Positions 29,435-38,982 of a stretch of 64,000 bases of DNA are shown in pieces. This stretch comes from Candidatus Krumholzibacteriota bacterium (GTDB lineage Bacteria > Krumholzibacteriota > Krumholzibacteriia > JAJRXK01): assembly GCA_963806035.1 (NCBI GenBank), contig CAWDWO010000009.1, forward strand, positions 28,507-92,506, in the 5' to 3' direction. A program made the translations under genes and the position numbers. Position 1 is the first letter of the stretch; each line of letters begins with the position of its first letter. The notes under the pieces are model-generated. The model worked only from the letters and a program-made list of their open reading frames with translations. It had not been told where the DNA came from and searched no databases.

Positions 29435-31126
29435 TTGTTCGATTCAGAATCAAGACCTCACCGCGCCAAGCGGAGGGCCACTTTGGGGGCCAAGGGAATC
29501 TTGCTCGCTCTGGGCGCGCTCCTGCTTTGGGGGCTTTCCGCGGGTTGCCACGATGCCGCGCGCCAGATCGCGCCCAAACCCAAGAAGGTGATCCACGACG
29601 GAGGCACCTTCCGCCTCGCCCAGGCTTCGCCGCGAAATCTGGATCCGGCGCGGCTGGAGAGCGTTTACGAGAGCACGGTCGTCAACCAGATCTTCGACGG
29701 CCTCGTCGCCTTCGACGAGAACCTCAATACCGTGCCCTCCCTGGCGGAAAGCTGGACGATTTCCCAGGACGGCACCGTCTACACCTTCCACATCAAACAC
29801 GGCGTTCACTTTCACGACGGAAGCGAAGTCACCGCCAACGACTTCGCGTATTCGATCACGCGGACCTTCCAACTGCCCGAGGACCAGACCGAACTGGCCA
29901 GGGAGTACCTCTCGCACATCAAGGGCACCGACGAGTTCGCCAAACGAAAGGTCGATCACATCACGGGCATCGAGGTGCTTTCCCCCTACGAGGTTCGCAT
30001 CACTCTCAAGCGCCCCTTCGCCGCGTTCCTCATGGTTCTGGCCATGGACTGCGGTAAGGTGGTCCCCAAGCACTACGTCATGAGTATGGGCACTGAGGAA
30101 TTCGGGCGGCATCCGGTCGGCGCCGGTCCCTTCGTGTTCGAGAAGTGGGTGCAGGATGAGGAAATCGTTCTCACCGCCTTCGACGACTACCATCTGGGCC
30201 GCGCGCACCTGGATTCCCTGGTGTTCGAAACGCCCAAGAACGACCGGCGCGATTACGCCACCAACGCCTTCCTGCGCACCCAGCTGGATCTTCTGGAGGT
30301 GCAGCCGGGTCAGGTCGACGATCTGGAGCAGCGCGCGGGAATCAAGCTCACCTCGCGCCAGGAGCTGAGCCTCACCTTCCTGGCCCTGAATCTGGAAAAG
30401 AAACCCTTCGACGACCGCAGGGTCCGCCAGGCCTTCGCCATGGCGGTGGACCGCAAAAACCTCTTCGGCACCCACGATTCCTCGCGCATGGTGCCCTGCG
30501 GCATTCTCCCGCCGGGCATGCCGGGCTATACCCGCATCTCCAAGCTGCTCCCTCACGACCACCATCGCGCGATGGAGCTGCTGGCAGAAGCCGGCTACCC
30601 CGATGGCAAGGGCCTTCCTCCCATCGAGCTCGTCACCGGGGATCAATCCGCGCAGGCCACCGTGTTCTATGCCAAGTTGGCGAGCGAGCTGGCCGAGGTG
30701 GGCTTCAAGGTCACCAACGAGCATCTGAGCTGGCTCGATTTCTTCTCCCGCCTCAAGGCGGGCGACGGCGGTTGTTTCACCCTGAATTGGGTCGCGGACA
30801 TCCCCGACCCGGATTCGTTCCTCTATCCGTTATTCCATAGCCACGGCGCCACCAACTACGTGCACTACAAAAACGAGAACGTGGACGAGCTGCTCGACGC
30901 GGGCCGCCGCGCACGTTCCTCGCTCGATCGCCTGCAGGTCTATCGCGAAGCGGAACAGATGATCGTGGAAGATGCACCCATGGTGCCGCTGTTCCACACC
31001 GTGACGATTCTCGCGGCGCGTGACCAGGTCAAAGGTCTCGATCTGACTCCGATGGGAATCGGTAATCTCAACCTCAGGAAGGTCTGGTTCGAGCCGGTCC
31101 AGGTGGCGCAAGGAGCGGGGCAGTGA
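29435..31126 (+). CDS. Family-5 (Opp/Dpp-like) solute-binding lipoprotein
   Basis: Lipobox 'LSAGC'; 'LDP', 'PSLAESWTIS.DG..YTFHIK.GV.FHDG', 'PVGAGPF', 'KPFDDRRVRQA'. Confidence 0.9.
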   Translation: MFDSESRPHRAKRRATLGAKGILLALGALLLWGLSAGCHDAARQIAPKPKKVIHDGGTFRLAQASPRNLDPARLESVYESTVVNQIFDGLVAFDENLNTVPSLAESWTISQDGTVYTFHIKHGVHFHDGSEVTANDFAYSITRTFQLPEDQTELAREYLSHIKGTDEFAKRKVDHITGIEVLSPYEVRITLKRPFAAFLMVLAMDCGKVVPKHYVMSMGTEEFGRHPVGAGPFVFEKWVQDEEIVLTAFDDYHLGRAHLDSLVFETPKNDRRDYATNAFLRTQLDLLEVQPGQVDDLEQRAGIKLTSRQELSLTFLALNLEKKPFDDRRVRQAFAMAVDRKNLFGTHDSSRMVPCGILPPGMPGYTRISKLLPHDHHRAMELLAEAGYPDGKGLPPIELVTGDQSAQATVFYAKLASELAEVGFKVTNEHLSWLDFFSRLKAGDGGCFTLNWVADIPDPDSFLYPLFHSHGATNYVHYKNENVDELLDAGRRARSSLDRLQVYREAEQMIVEDAPMVPLFHTVTILAARDQVKGLDLTPMGIGNLNLRKVWFEPVQVAQGAGQ

Positions 31127-33225
31127 TCAAGGATATCCGTAAACGATTCGCCTGGGATCGCAGGCAAATGAGGATGCAGACCAGGTTCATGGCCTACTTT
31201 GGCGCCGTGGTCGTAATGCTCATGACCTGCGTGATCCTGCTGATGGAGACGCGGCAATCCAACACCATGCTGCGGCAAACCGAGATTCGCGGCGCGGCGG
31301 TCGCGCACTCGATCGCCTCGGTGGTTCTGCAGAGTCTCTACGAGTACGACTACGTCTATCTGCAACAGGCGGCCGAGACGGCGGCGCGCGACGAGGGCGT
31401 GGCCTACGTGATCATCCTGGACAAGGAAGGCACGGTCGCCGCCTATAGCGGTCACCCCGAACGCGTGGGCCACCCTCCGGTGGATCCCTACAGCCGGCAG
31501 GTGGAGAAGGCCAACGAGCAGGTGATCAACCGCATCCACCGCCGACTCGACGGCGGGGTGGACGAGTCGCTCCTGGACATCGCGGTGCCGGTTCGCTCGG
31601 CGCAGGGCGGAGTGAAGTGGGGAACCATTCGCATCGGACTCTCGCTGCGCGCGATGAGCGCGGAGCTCGCGCGAACCCGCACCCTCTTGGTGGCTCTGGG
31701 ATTGGGAGCGATCATGATCGTTCTGATCTCGGTGCGTTTCTTCTCGCGCCAGATCACCCAGCCCCTGGAGCAACTCGCCAGCGCAACCGCGACGGTGGCC
31801 AGCGGGAATCTCGAGCACGCCGTGAACGAGGACATCGTGGGAGAACTGGGAGACCTCGCCCACAGCTTCAACAAGATGACCAACGACTTGAAGCGCAGCC
31901 GCGACGCCATCCGCTACCAGAACCATCATCTGGAGAACATGGTGCAAGAGCGCACCGCGGCGCTGCGCGAGAAGGCGCGCGAGCTGGAGCGCGCGAACAC
32001 CGAACTCAAGGAGCTCGACCGTCTCAAGAGCGACTTTCTCAGCAACGTCAGCCACGAGCTCAGGACTCCCCTGACCTCCATCCGCAGCTTCACCGAGATC
32101 CTGCTCGACCGGTCCGTTTCGGTCGAGGACGAGCAGCGGAGAGAGTTCCTGGAGATCATCTCCAGCCAGTCCGAGCGCTTGACCCGCTTGATCAGTGACC
32201 TGCTCGACCTCAGCAAAATCGAAGCGGGAGAGTTCCGCTGTCATCTGCAGAGTCTGGACCTGGAAGACGTGGTCCACCCCGTACTGGAGACCTTGCAGAG
32301 GCTGGCCGAGGAAAACGACATCGAGTTGGTCAACGAAGTCGGCGACGACTCCCCCACGGTCCTGGCGGACTTCGACCGGCTCAGTCAGGTCATCACCAAC
32401 CTGGTCGGCAATTCGCTGAAGTTCACCGATTCGGGCGGCACCATCACCGTCAGCGCGAAGGTTCACGACCACCGTCGCGGCGACTCGTGGAAGAAAATGG
32501 ATTTCGCGGGCATGGAGGCCGACGCCCCCGAAGCAAAACAATATCTCATCGTCAGCGTCGAGGACACCGGCTGCGGCATCAAGCCCGAGGATCAAAAGCG
32601 AATCTTCGAGAAATTCGGCCAGGTGGGAAACGTCCTCACCGACAAACCCAAGGGAACCGGGCTCGGACTCACGATTTGCGGGACGATCATCGTGCACCAT
32701 GGCGGTGCGCTCTGGGTCGAGAGCGAAGAGGGCAAGGGAAGCCGCTTCTCGTTCTCGCTGCCCGTGGTAACTCACACCTTCGAGACGGAGGATCCGAATC
32801 TCGAGAGTGACGAAGTTCGGGCCGCCGAAGAAGCGCAGAACATCCTGGCCGACGCCGTGCAACGCAGCGCGGTGGGGCCCAGACTTCTGGTGGTGGACGA
32901 CGAACCTTCGGTGGTGAGTGCGATTTCACGCTTCCTGGAACCGCGCGGTTACGACAGCGTGGGCTGCTACAGTGGTGACGGCGCCCTGCACATGGCGCGC
33001 GAGATGAAACCCGATGCGATCCTCTTGGACATCCTGCTGCCCGATCGCAACGGTTTCGATGTGTTGAAGGACTTGAAATCCTCCAGGGATACCAAGGACA
33101 TCCCCGTCATAGTCGTCTCTGGGCTCGACGACTCGAATACGGCTTACGAATTGGGCGCGGCGGAGTACATTCGCAAGCCGTTCGACATGGTTTCACTTTT
33201 GGACAACGTGAGGGCCCTAGCATGA
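31123..33225 (+). CDS. Hybrid sensor histidine kinase (TM-periplasmic-TM-HAMP-HisKA-HATPase-REC)
   Basis: H-box 'SHELRTPLTSI', N-box 'NLVGNSLKFT', 'DTGCGI', 'GTGLGL', receiver 'VVDDE...LLDILLPD...KP'; GTGA overlap with the SBP. Confidence 0.93.
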   Translation: MIKDIRKRFAWDRRQMRMQTRFMAYFGAVVVMLMTCVILLMETRQSNTMLRQTEIRGAAVAHSIASVVLQSLYEYDYVYLQQAAETAARDEGVAYVIILDKEGTVAAYSGHPERVGHPPVDPYSRQVEKANEQVINRIHRRLDGGVDESLLDIAVPVRSAQGGVKWGTIRIGLSLRAMSAELARTRTLLVALGLGAIMIVLISVRFFSRQITQPLEQLASATATVASGNLEHAVNEDIVGELGDLAHSFNKMTNDLKRSRDAIRYQNHHLENMVQERTAALREKARELERANTELKELDRLKSDFLSNVSHELRTPLTSIRSFTEILLDRSVSVEDEQRREFLEIISSQSERLTRLISDLLDLSKIEAGEFRCHLQSLDLEDVVHPVLETLQRLAEENDIELVNEVGDDSPTVLADFDRLSQVITNLVGNSLKFTDSGGTITVSAKVHDHRRGDSWKKMDFAGMEADAPEAKQYLIVSVEDTGCGIKPEDQKRIFEKFGQVGNVLTDKPKGTGLGLTICGTIIVHHGGALWVESEEGKGSRFSFSLPVVTHTFETEDPNLESDEVRAAEEAQNILADAVQRSAVGPRLLVVDDEPSVVSAISRFLEPRGYDSVGCYSGDGALHMAREMKPDAILLDILLPDRNGFDVLKDLKSSRDTKDIPVIVVSGLDDSNTAYELGAAEYIRKPFDMVSLLDNVRALA

Positions 33226-33617
33226 GCACCAACCAGGAACCCTACATTCTGGTAGCGGACGATGATGCTCTCGTCTTGAAATCGCTGCAGTTCATCTTGC
33301 AGGGAGCGGGCTATCGCGTGGTCACGGTGGCTGACGGCGCCGCGGCTTTCGAACAATTGCACATCGAGAAGCCCAGGTTGGCGCTCCTGGACGTGATGAT
33401 GCCGCACCTCAACGGGCTCGACCTCTGCCGGCGCATCAAGAACGACGATTCCTTGCGGGACATCACCGTCTTTCTGGTCACCGCCAGGGCCATGACCGCC
33501 GAGCGCGAGCGCGGTCTCCAGGCGGGCGCCGACGAATACATCACCAAGCCCTTCAGCAATCGCGACATCATCGACAAGGTCGCCGAAGTGCTCTCTCCCA
33601 GCGAGAGCTCCAAGTAG
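33222..33617 (+). CDS. Single-domain response regulator (REC only)
   Basis: 'ILVADDD', 'LDVMMP..NGL', 'VTA', 'YITKPF'; ATGA overlap. Confidence 0.92.
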   Translation: MSTNQEPYILVADDDALVLKSLQFILQGAGYRVVTVADGAAAFEQLHIEKPRLALLDVMMPHLNGLDLCRRIKNDDSLRDITVFLVTARAMTAERERGLQAGADEYITKPFSNRDIIDKVAEVLSPSESSK

Positions 33618-33637
33618 CGCTTCCACCTCGCGCCGGC

Positions 33638-34438
33638 TCAAGCCTCCTCGAGTCCCTCAAGCCCCTCGAGCATCAAATCATCGTGCTCCTCGACCTGCTC
33701 GGGAAAACTCCGACGCCAGTAGTAGACGGCCGCGTAGAAAAAGGGCGTGTCGCCCAGCGCCATCATGATCTTGAAGACCCAGCCGCTCACGATCATCTGC
33801 GGGATGCGCACCTGGATGTCCGTCCCCACGAAGAGAAGGCACACCACCAGGGTGGTATCCACCAACTGGCTGGTGATGGTCGAGAAGTTGTTGCGAATCC
33901 ACAGGTGCTTGCCCTTGGTGAGGCGGCGCCAAAAGTGGAAGAGCTGGATGTCGATCAGCTGGGCCACCAGATAGGCCACCATGCTCGCGGCGACCGCGCG
34001 GCTGGTCCGGCCGAAAATCTGATGGAAATAGGTGTCGACCTTCTCCGCGGGAAACTCCTTCCCCGTCACCGCGTCCGCGCCGCTGAGTGTCCGCAGGGTC
34101 GAGTGAAACAGCCCGTTGTCCCCGGCGCGAATTTGGTCCGCGAGCACCACGACCACCACCACGAAGACGCTCGCGGCCAGGCCGGCGACCACCACCTGGT
34201 TGGCCCTCTTCTTCCCGTAACACTCACTGAGAATGTCGGTGACGAGAAAGGTGATCGGGTAGGGGATGATCCCGGCCGAGAGATAGAAGAAGTTCTGGAT
34301 CCCGAAGGGTTCCCAGACGAAGAATTTCTGTACGATGAGATTACAGACGACCAAAGAGGCGATGAAGACGGCACCCAGATAGACGTAAGCCTGCTCGTAG
34401 CGTTCTTCGACCGAATCCAAGCCCGGACGCGCGCTCAC
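33638..34438 (-). CDS. Queuosine precursor transporter (VUT/YhhQ family)
   Basis: 'YPITFLVTDILSECYG', 'ASMVAYLVAQLID', 'LWIRNNFSTITSQLVDT', 'DTPFFY'. Confidence 0.9.
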   Translation of the reverse strand: MSARPGLDSVEERYEQAYVYLGAVFIASLVVCNLIVQKFFVWEPFGIQNFFYLSAGIIPYPITFLVTDILSECYGKKRANQVVVAGLAASVFVVVVVVLADQIRAGDNGLFHSTLRTLSGADAVTGKEFPAEKVDTYFHQIFGRTSRAVAASMVAYLVAQLIDIQLFHFWRRLTKGKHLWIRNNFSTITSQLVDTTLVVCLLFVGTDIQVRIPQMIVSGWVFKIMMALGDTPFFYAAVYYWRRSFPEQVEEHDDLMLEGLEGLEEA

Positions 34439-34480
34439 GGAAGTACTCCTTCCATGAGCGCGCCAAGGGATCGTACCGAA

Positions 34481-36157
34481 TCAGTCGCCGCCACTTGAAC
34501 CCACTGCGTAGACGGGATCCACGTCCACCGGAATCGCCTTCAACCTGTCCAGCACCTTCTGCATGGCCGGCGTGATGTGCATGTACTTGTCGTGGAAACT
34601 CTGGGCCGCCGCGTGGTCGCCCAGCGCCTGAATCATGAGCAGGTCGTGAGCGAGGTCACGAATTCCCGCGCGGAAGTAGTCGGGCACCGGCCGGAAATGC
34701 CCGTCCTCGGTGATCTCGACCGCGCCGTGCTCGATGAGGTAGTTGAGCTGCATCACCACGCCCTCGCCGTGCGCCGAACCCACGCCGAAGCGCGCGGCGC
34801 GGAAGAAGCCCGCCACCACGGTCCACGGCAGGTCGACCACGAGCTGAGAATCGAGGACGCTCTTGTCGGACAGGGCGTAAAGATTGTAGATCCCCACCAC
34901 GTCGGCCTTGGCCTCTTCGAAAGCGGAGTAGAGATCTTTCAGCTCCAGCCGCACCTCCGTCTCGCGGCCATCGACGGTGATCTTTCCCGGTCCCAGACCG
35001 TGCGCCAGCTCGTGGAAGAGGATGAAGTGGAAATAGGAATCGAAATTCAGATGCTCCCGCTCGGCCTGCGGCAAAACGACGGAGGCGATGGGGGTGAGGA
35101 CCGCGTCATATTTGGCGCGGATGATGTTCTTCAGCAGCACTTTCTTGCTGCCCTTGGCCTCCCGCACGCGCTCGTCGTTGGGGAGATTGAACGCGAGAGT
35201 CTGCACTCCGGCGCGCGCATCGCCCGCGGTGTAGATTTCGTCGGCGACACGAATCGGCGAATCGCTTCCCCGGTCGAGGTTCTTGTGCTCGTCGGGAATG
35301 GGCAGATTGCGCTCGAGGAAGGGAAGCTCGCCCTTGAACTTGTCCAACGCCTCGCTGTCCTTGGGGTTGGCCACGCACAGGAAGGCCTCAAAGGAGGCCT
35401 TGTATCCGAAGAGTGCGTCCTCGTAGGTCTCGTAGGGACCGATCACGACTTCCAGATCGCCGGCCAGATCCATCCAGTCCATGTCGCTCTGGAAATAGTC
35501 GTCATCCTGGAAGGCCTTGGCGCGGCTGCGCAGGAACTTGGCCAGTGTGGCATCGGTGGTGAGATCGGCGGCGAGAACGAGTTCCCTCGCCGCCGCCGCG
35601 AGTTGATCGCCGAAAGCCTGGCTGTAGGGAACCGCCACCAGCTTCTTGTCGTGTCGCTCGATGAGAGTGGTGAGACTGCGGAAGGAATCCACCTCGTCCG
35701 GATGGGCCTTCAGCCACGCGTTGAATTCGTCTTTCGTCATGTCTTCGGGATAGAAGCCCGCCCCATCGGGGTGCGGAATCTGATTCACGAAGGGTTCGAA
35801 GTCCTTGAGCCGATCCCAGGGTCCCCGGTTGATGCGATAGTAGTCCTTGAACTCGGCAGCGTGCGGACCGTCGTAAGCCTCGACCCGCTTCTTGAACTCG
35901 GGGTTCTTGCGCCATACCTGGAGATCGAAAATGGAATCGATGTGCTGCGCCGCTTTCACCAGATGATCCAGCGCCGCGCGATCGCCGGCCGAAAGGTGGG
36001 TCAGGTCGGCTCCGAGCTGCAGTTGTACGTATTGGGAACGGCGAACCGCGATGTCATCGACGACTTGCAAGGGCTTTTCCTTCTGTTTCGAGCAAGCGAT
36101 CCAGCTCAAAGATAGGCTGAAGAGAAACAAGGCAAACAGCGCGCGACGCACGAACAT
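34481..36157 (-). CDS. Peptidase M49 (dipeptidyl-peptidase III-like) lipoprotein
   Basis: Lipobox 'WIAC', 'GPYETYED.LFG.KA', 'AFNLPNDE', 'HELAHGLGP', 'EEAKAD'. Confidence 0.85.
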   Translation of the reverse strand: MFVRRALFALFLFSLSLSWIACSKQKEKPLQVVDDIAVRRSQYVQLQLGADLTHLSAGDRAALDHLVKAAQHIDSIFDLQVWRKNPEFKKRVEAYDGPHAAEFKDYYRINRGPWDRLKDFEPFVNQIPHPDGAGFYPEDMTKDEFNAWLKAHPDEVDSFRSLTTLIERHDKKLVAVPYSQAFGDQLAAAARELVLAADLTTDATLAKFLRSRAKAFQDDDYFQSDMDWMDLAGDLEVVIGPYETYEDALFGYKASFEAFLCVANPKDSEALDKFKGELPFLERNLPIPDEHKNLDRGSDSPIRVADEIYTAGDARAGVQTLAFNLPNDERVREAKGSKKVLLKNIIRAKYDAVLTPIASVVLPQAEREHLNFDSYFHFILFHELAHGLGPGKITVDGRETEVRLELKDLYSAFEEAKADVVGIYNLYALSDKSVLDSQLVVDLPWTVVAGFFRAARFGVGSAHGEGVVMQLNYLIEHGAVEITEDGHFRPVPDYFRAGIRDLAHDLLMIQALGDHAAAQSFHDKYMHITPAMQKVLDRLKAIPVDVDPVYAVGSSGGD

Positions 36158-36262
36158 AAAGGGCCTCCGAACTCTCCACGGGATTGTCGCTTCGTGAAAA
36201 GGCAATCATGACGGCATCGGCTTTTCTTGGCAAGTCAAAGCCTGGGCCGGCATTTGCCGGGT

Positions 36263-37099
36263 TCAGGGGGTTCCGGGGTAGTAAGCGCCGAGAATCGCCG
36301 CGACGAGGAACGCGTCCACGATGAGGTGAACCAGAAGCACGTAGAGCAGGTTTTCCGATTCTTCGAACATGCTTCCCTGCGTCCAGGCGAAGAGGTAAAC
36401 GATGAGAGGGCCGATTCCGGTGAAAGCCATGTCGTAGAGAACACAGGTGTAGAGCACGGCCTGTACGGCGTTCGCGGTCTTGAATCCGAAGAGGCTGCGC
36501 AGGATCGCGAAGGAAGTGTTCACGAAGAAGAGTTCGTCCCAGATTCCCACCGCGTTGATACCCACGATGAGCCGCGTCGTCTGCTCCGCAGTTTCGCGGG
36601 CGGGAAGCGCCCAGTGGCTCGGCATGGAGGGATTCACCCACCAGTAGAACTTCAGCAGGAAATAGGCGAGAGGCACTGAAATGACGAGGTAGAGGATGTC
36701 GACCCAACGGAATCGCCGCGGCCACAGGGCGAAAGAAATCACCGTGGGGTCGCTCTTGCGCAGAATGAGCGCGGGCCCCAGCACCACCGCGGCGAAGGGC
36801 AGCCCCAGCTGGAGGAAGTTACGGTTGCTGAGCCCGGTATTGATGTCGGCGAGGGCGAGGACCACCACACAGCCCAAGAGTACGCCCATCCGGCGCTTCA
36901 AGGCCGGCTCCTCGTCTTTGAGGAGAAGCCCGCCGCAGACGAGGAGGGCCGGCACACCGAGCCAGTAGTTCTGGACCGCGATGCAGAAGATGATGGCGGC
37001 CACCAGGGCGAGCAGAAGCGCGGCGCGGCGTGGATTGAGGCTCAAGCGGGCCTGTGGATTCGTGGGGCCAGGAGTGGGTCTCATGGGCTCATAGTTCAC
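36263..37099 (-). CDS. CPBP (CAAX/Abi) intramembrane glutamic endopeptidase
   Basis: Multi-TM; 'GIWDELFF', C-terminal 'VHLIVD'. Confidence 0.7.
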   Translation of the reverse strand: MNYEPMRPTPGPTNPQARLSLNPRRAALLLALVAAIIFCIAVQNYWLGVPALLVCGGLLLKDEEPALKRRMGVLLGCVVVLALADINTGLSNRNFLQLGLPFAAVVLGPALILRKSDPTVISFALWPRRFRWVDILYLVISVPLAYFLLKFYWWVNPSMPSHWALPARETAEQTTRLIVGINAVGIWDELFFVNTSFAILRSLFGFKTANAVQAVLYTCVLYDMAFTGIGPLIVYLFAWTQGSMFEESENLLYVLLVHLIVDAFLVAAILGAYYPGTP

Positions 37100-37193
37100 G
37101 CAAAGGCGCGGTGTGGCAAGCCGCTGGCGTGAAGAAGAGCACCGTCTCCACTTGTCCCTTGATCACCGGACGTCCGTTCACCATCTTGGCGGC

Positions 37194-38015
37194 ATGCGAG
37201 CCTCGACCCAGCAAGCACCCCTTCCCGTGAGCCCTCTGCGCTGGCGCGGAATGCTCATCCCGCAAGAACACGGGACCTGGAACCTGCTGCTCGAGCCCAT
37301 CGCTCTGGGCTGCCTGGTCGCGCCCTCCTGGCCCGGCGCGCTGCTTGCCCTCTCCGCTTTGGCCCTCATCCTGGCCCGCACACCGCTCTTGCGGCTTTGG
37401 TCCGCGCGGAGCAGGCCCTCCGTCAAATCCCTGCCCCCGCTGGCGCGGACCTGGGCCTATGGCTGGTCGGCGCTGGCCGTGCTCGGACTGCTCGCGGCGG
37501 TGGGGCTCTCGGGGATCCGGATTCTTCTGCCGCTTCTGATCGCGCTGCCGCTCGGGTTGTTTCAGCTGCGTTCCCAATTGCTTCGCAACGCGCGCAGCCT
37601 CAACGCCGAGCTCGCGGGCGGACTCGCGCTCTCGACTTCCACCATGATGATCGCCCTCGCCGGCGGAATGAGCCTGGGCACGGCGGCGCTTCTTTGGATT
37701 CTACCCGCCCTGCGCGTTCTTTTGTCCATCCTCTACATCCGCGCGCGGCTGCGTCTGGGCCGCGGCGAGATGGGCGCAGTGGATGACGTGCTGGACGCCC
37801 ATCTGGTGGTCCTGGTGGTTCTGGCGGGACTGGCCGTGGGAGGATGGGTGCCCGCTCTGGCGGCGGCCGCCTTCGCCGTGCTGGGACTGCGCACGCTCTT
37901 CGAGTTGGTGCGCAAGCAGCGCGGGATTTCGCCGCGCCGGCTCGGCCTCATCGAAGTGAGTTTGGGGATCGTCTTCGTAGTGATGACCGCTGCGGGGTTT
38001 CGGGCTGGGTTCTAG
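37194..38015 (+). CDS. YwiC-like membrane protein
   Basis: 'IPQEHGTW' N-terminal motif, 'RSLNAEL', 'RRLGLIE'; multi-TM. Confidence 0.8.
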   Translation: MRASTQQAPLPVSPLRWRGMLIPQEHGTWNLLLEPIALGCLVAPSWPGALLALSALALILARTPLLRLWSARSRPSVKSLPPLARTWAYGWSALAVLGLLAAVGLSGIRILLPLLIALPLGLFQLRSQLLRNARSLNAELAGGLALSTSTMMIALAGGMSLGTAALLWILPALRVLLSILYIRARLRLGRGEMGAVDDVLDAHLVVLVVLAGLAVGGWVPALAAAAFAVLGLRTLFELVRKQRGISPRRLGLIEVSLGIVFVVMTAAGFRAGF

Positions 38016-38040
38016 AGGACGATCCCTCCTCTTTTTCTCT

Positions 38041-38859
38041 TCATTCCTCTTTGGTTTCCTTGCCGGCGGTGGGCCCGTGCTTCGCGCGCAAGTCCCGTGC
38101 CTCCTCGACCTGGCGCGCGCTCCACAACATCTGCCGGGCCAGCCCTCGAATCATGTGTGCTTCACGTCGATAGAGCCGCGCGCGCGAGAAGATCTCCTTG
38201 TAGCTGCGCATGAGCGAATCGATGGTGTGAGGATACGCGTAACCGATTCTCAAGAAGGCCGCGCGCAAGTGGGCGAAGAGCTCTTCCTGTTCCTTGGCAT
38301 TGCTGAGGTGATCGGGGCGGGGAGCGCGAGTCTGTCTCGGTTTGAGCGTCGGCATCTTCGGGTCCTTGCGCATGCGCGCCATCAGGAACTCGTAGCCGGT
38401 CAAGAGCACGGCCTGGGCCAGATTGTAGCTCGGGTGCTCGGGGGATGAGGGAATCCACACCAATTCCGTGCAGTGATCCAGCTCTTCAGTCCTGAGACCC
38501 TCGCGTTCGTTTCCGAAGACGAGGTGGGTGTTCAGGGGCTGCGACTCGAGCGCCTCTTCCACCCAGGACTCGGTAAAATCGCGCAGCATGCTGTAAGCGC
38601 GGCGCTGTCTGCGACGCGCGGTGAAGCCCACGACGCGCCTGCCGTCGGCCACCGCCTCGCTCAGTTCGTCCAGCCGAGGGGCCTGACGCAGGATCTCCTC
38701 GGCGCCGTGCGCGAACATCAGGGCTTCGTTTTCATCCTGAAAGCTGGGTTGAACCAGGCGCAGCGCGCCCATCCCGGTGTTCTTCACCGCGCGGGCGGCC
38801 GCGCCCGCGTTGCCTCCGAACATGGTGCGAACGAGAACCACGGTGCAGTGCTCGAGCAT
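38041..38859 (-). CDS. tRNA/rRNA 2'-O-methyltransferase, TrmJ/LasT family (SPOUT)
   Basis: 'GNAGAAARAVKNTG', 'LVFGNEREGL..EEL', 'SYNLAQAV'. Confidence 0.88.
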   Translation of the reverse strand: MLEHCTVVLVRTMFGGNAGAAARAVKNTGMGALRLVQPSFQDENEALMFAHGAEEILRQAPRLDELSEAVADGRRVVGFTARRRQRRAYSMLRDFTESWVEEALESQPLNTHLVFGNEREGLRTEELDHCTELVWIPSSPEHPSYNLAQAVLLTGYEFLMARMRKDPKMPTLKPRQTRAPRPDHLSNAKEQEELFAHLRAAFLRIGYAYPHTIDSLMRSYKEIFSRARLYRREAHMIRGLARQMLWSARQVEEARDLRAKHGPTAGKETKEE

Positions 38860-38982
38860 GAGGCTCCTCTCATCTCATTGGCAAATTCAAGGCGGAAAGG
38901 ATGATACGGCAAGGCGCCGCGCAGGCGAGGCGAAAATCCGTCAGCTGCCGTGAAGTGAAGTCCAGCTCGAGCGCGCGGGAAC

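Noticed and set aside
34439..34480. preQ1 riboswitch upstream of the VUT transporter
   Set aside because: The 42-bp gap lacks a recognisable preQ1 stem-loop and A-rich tail.
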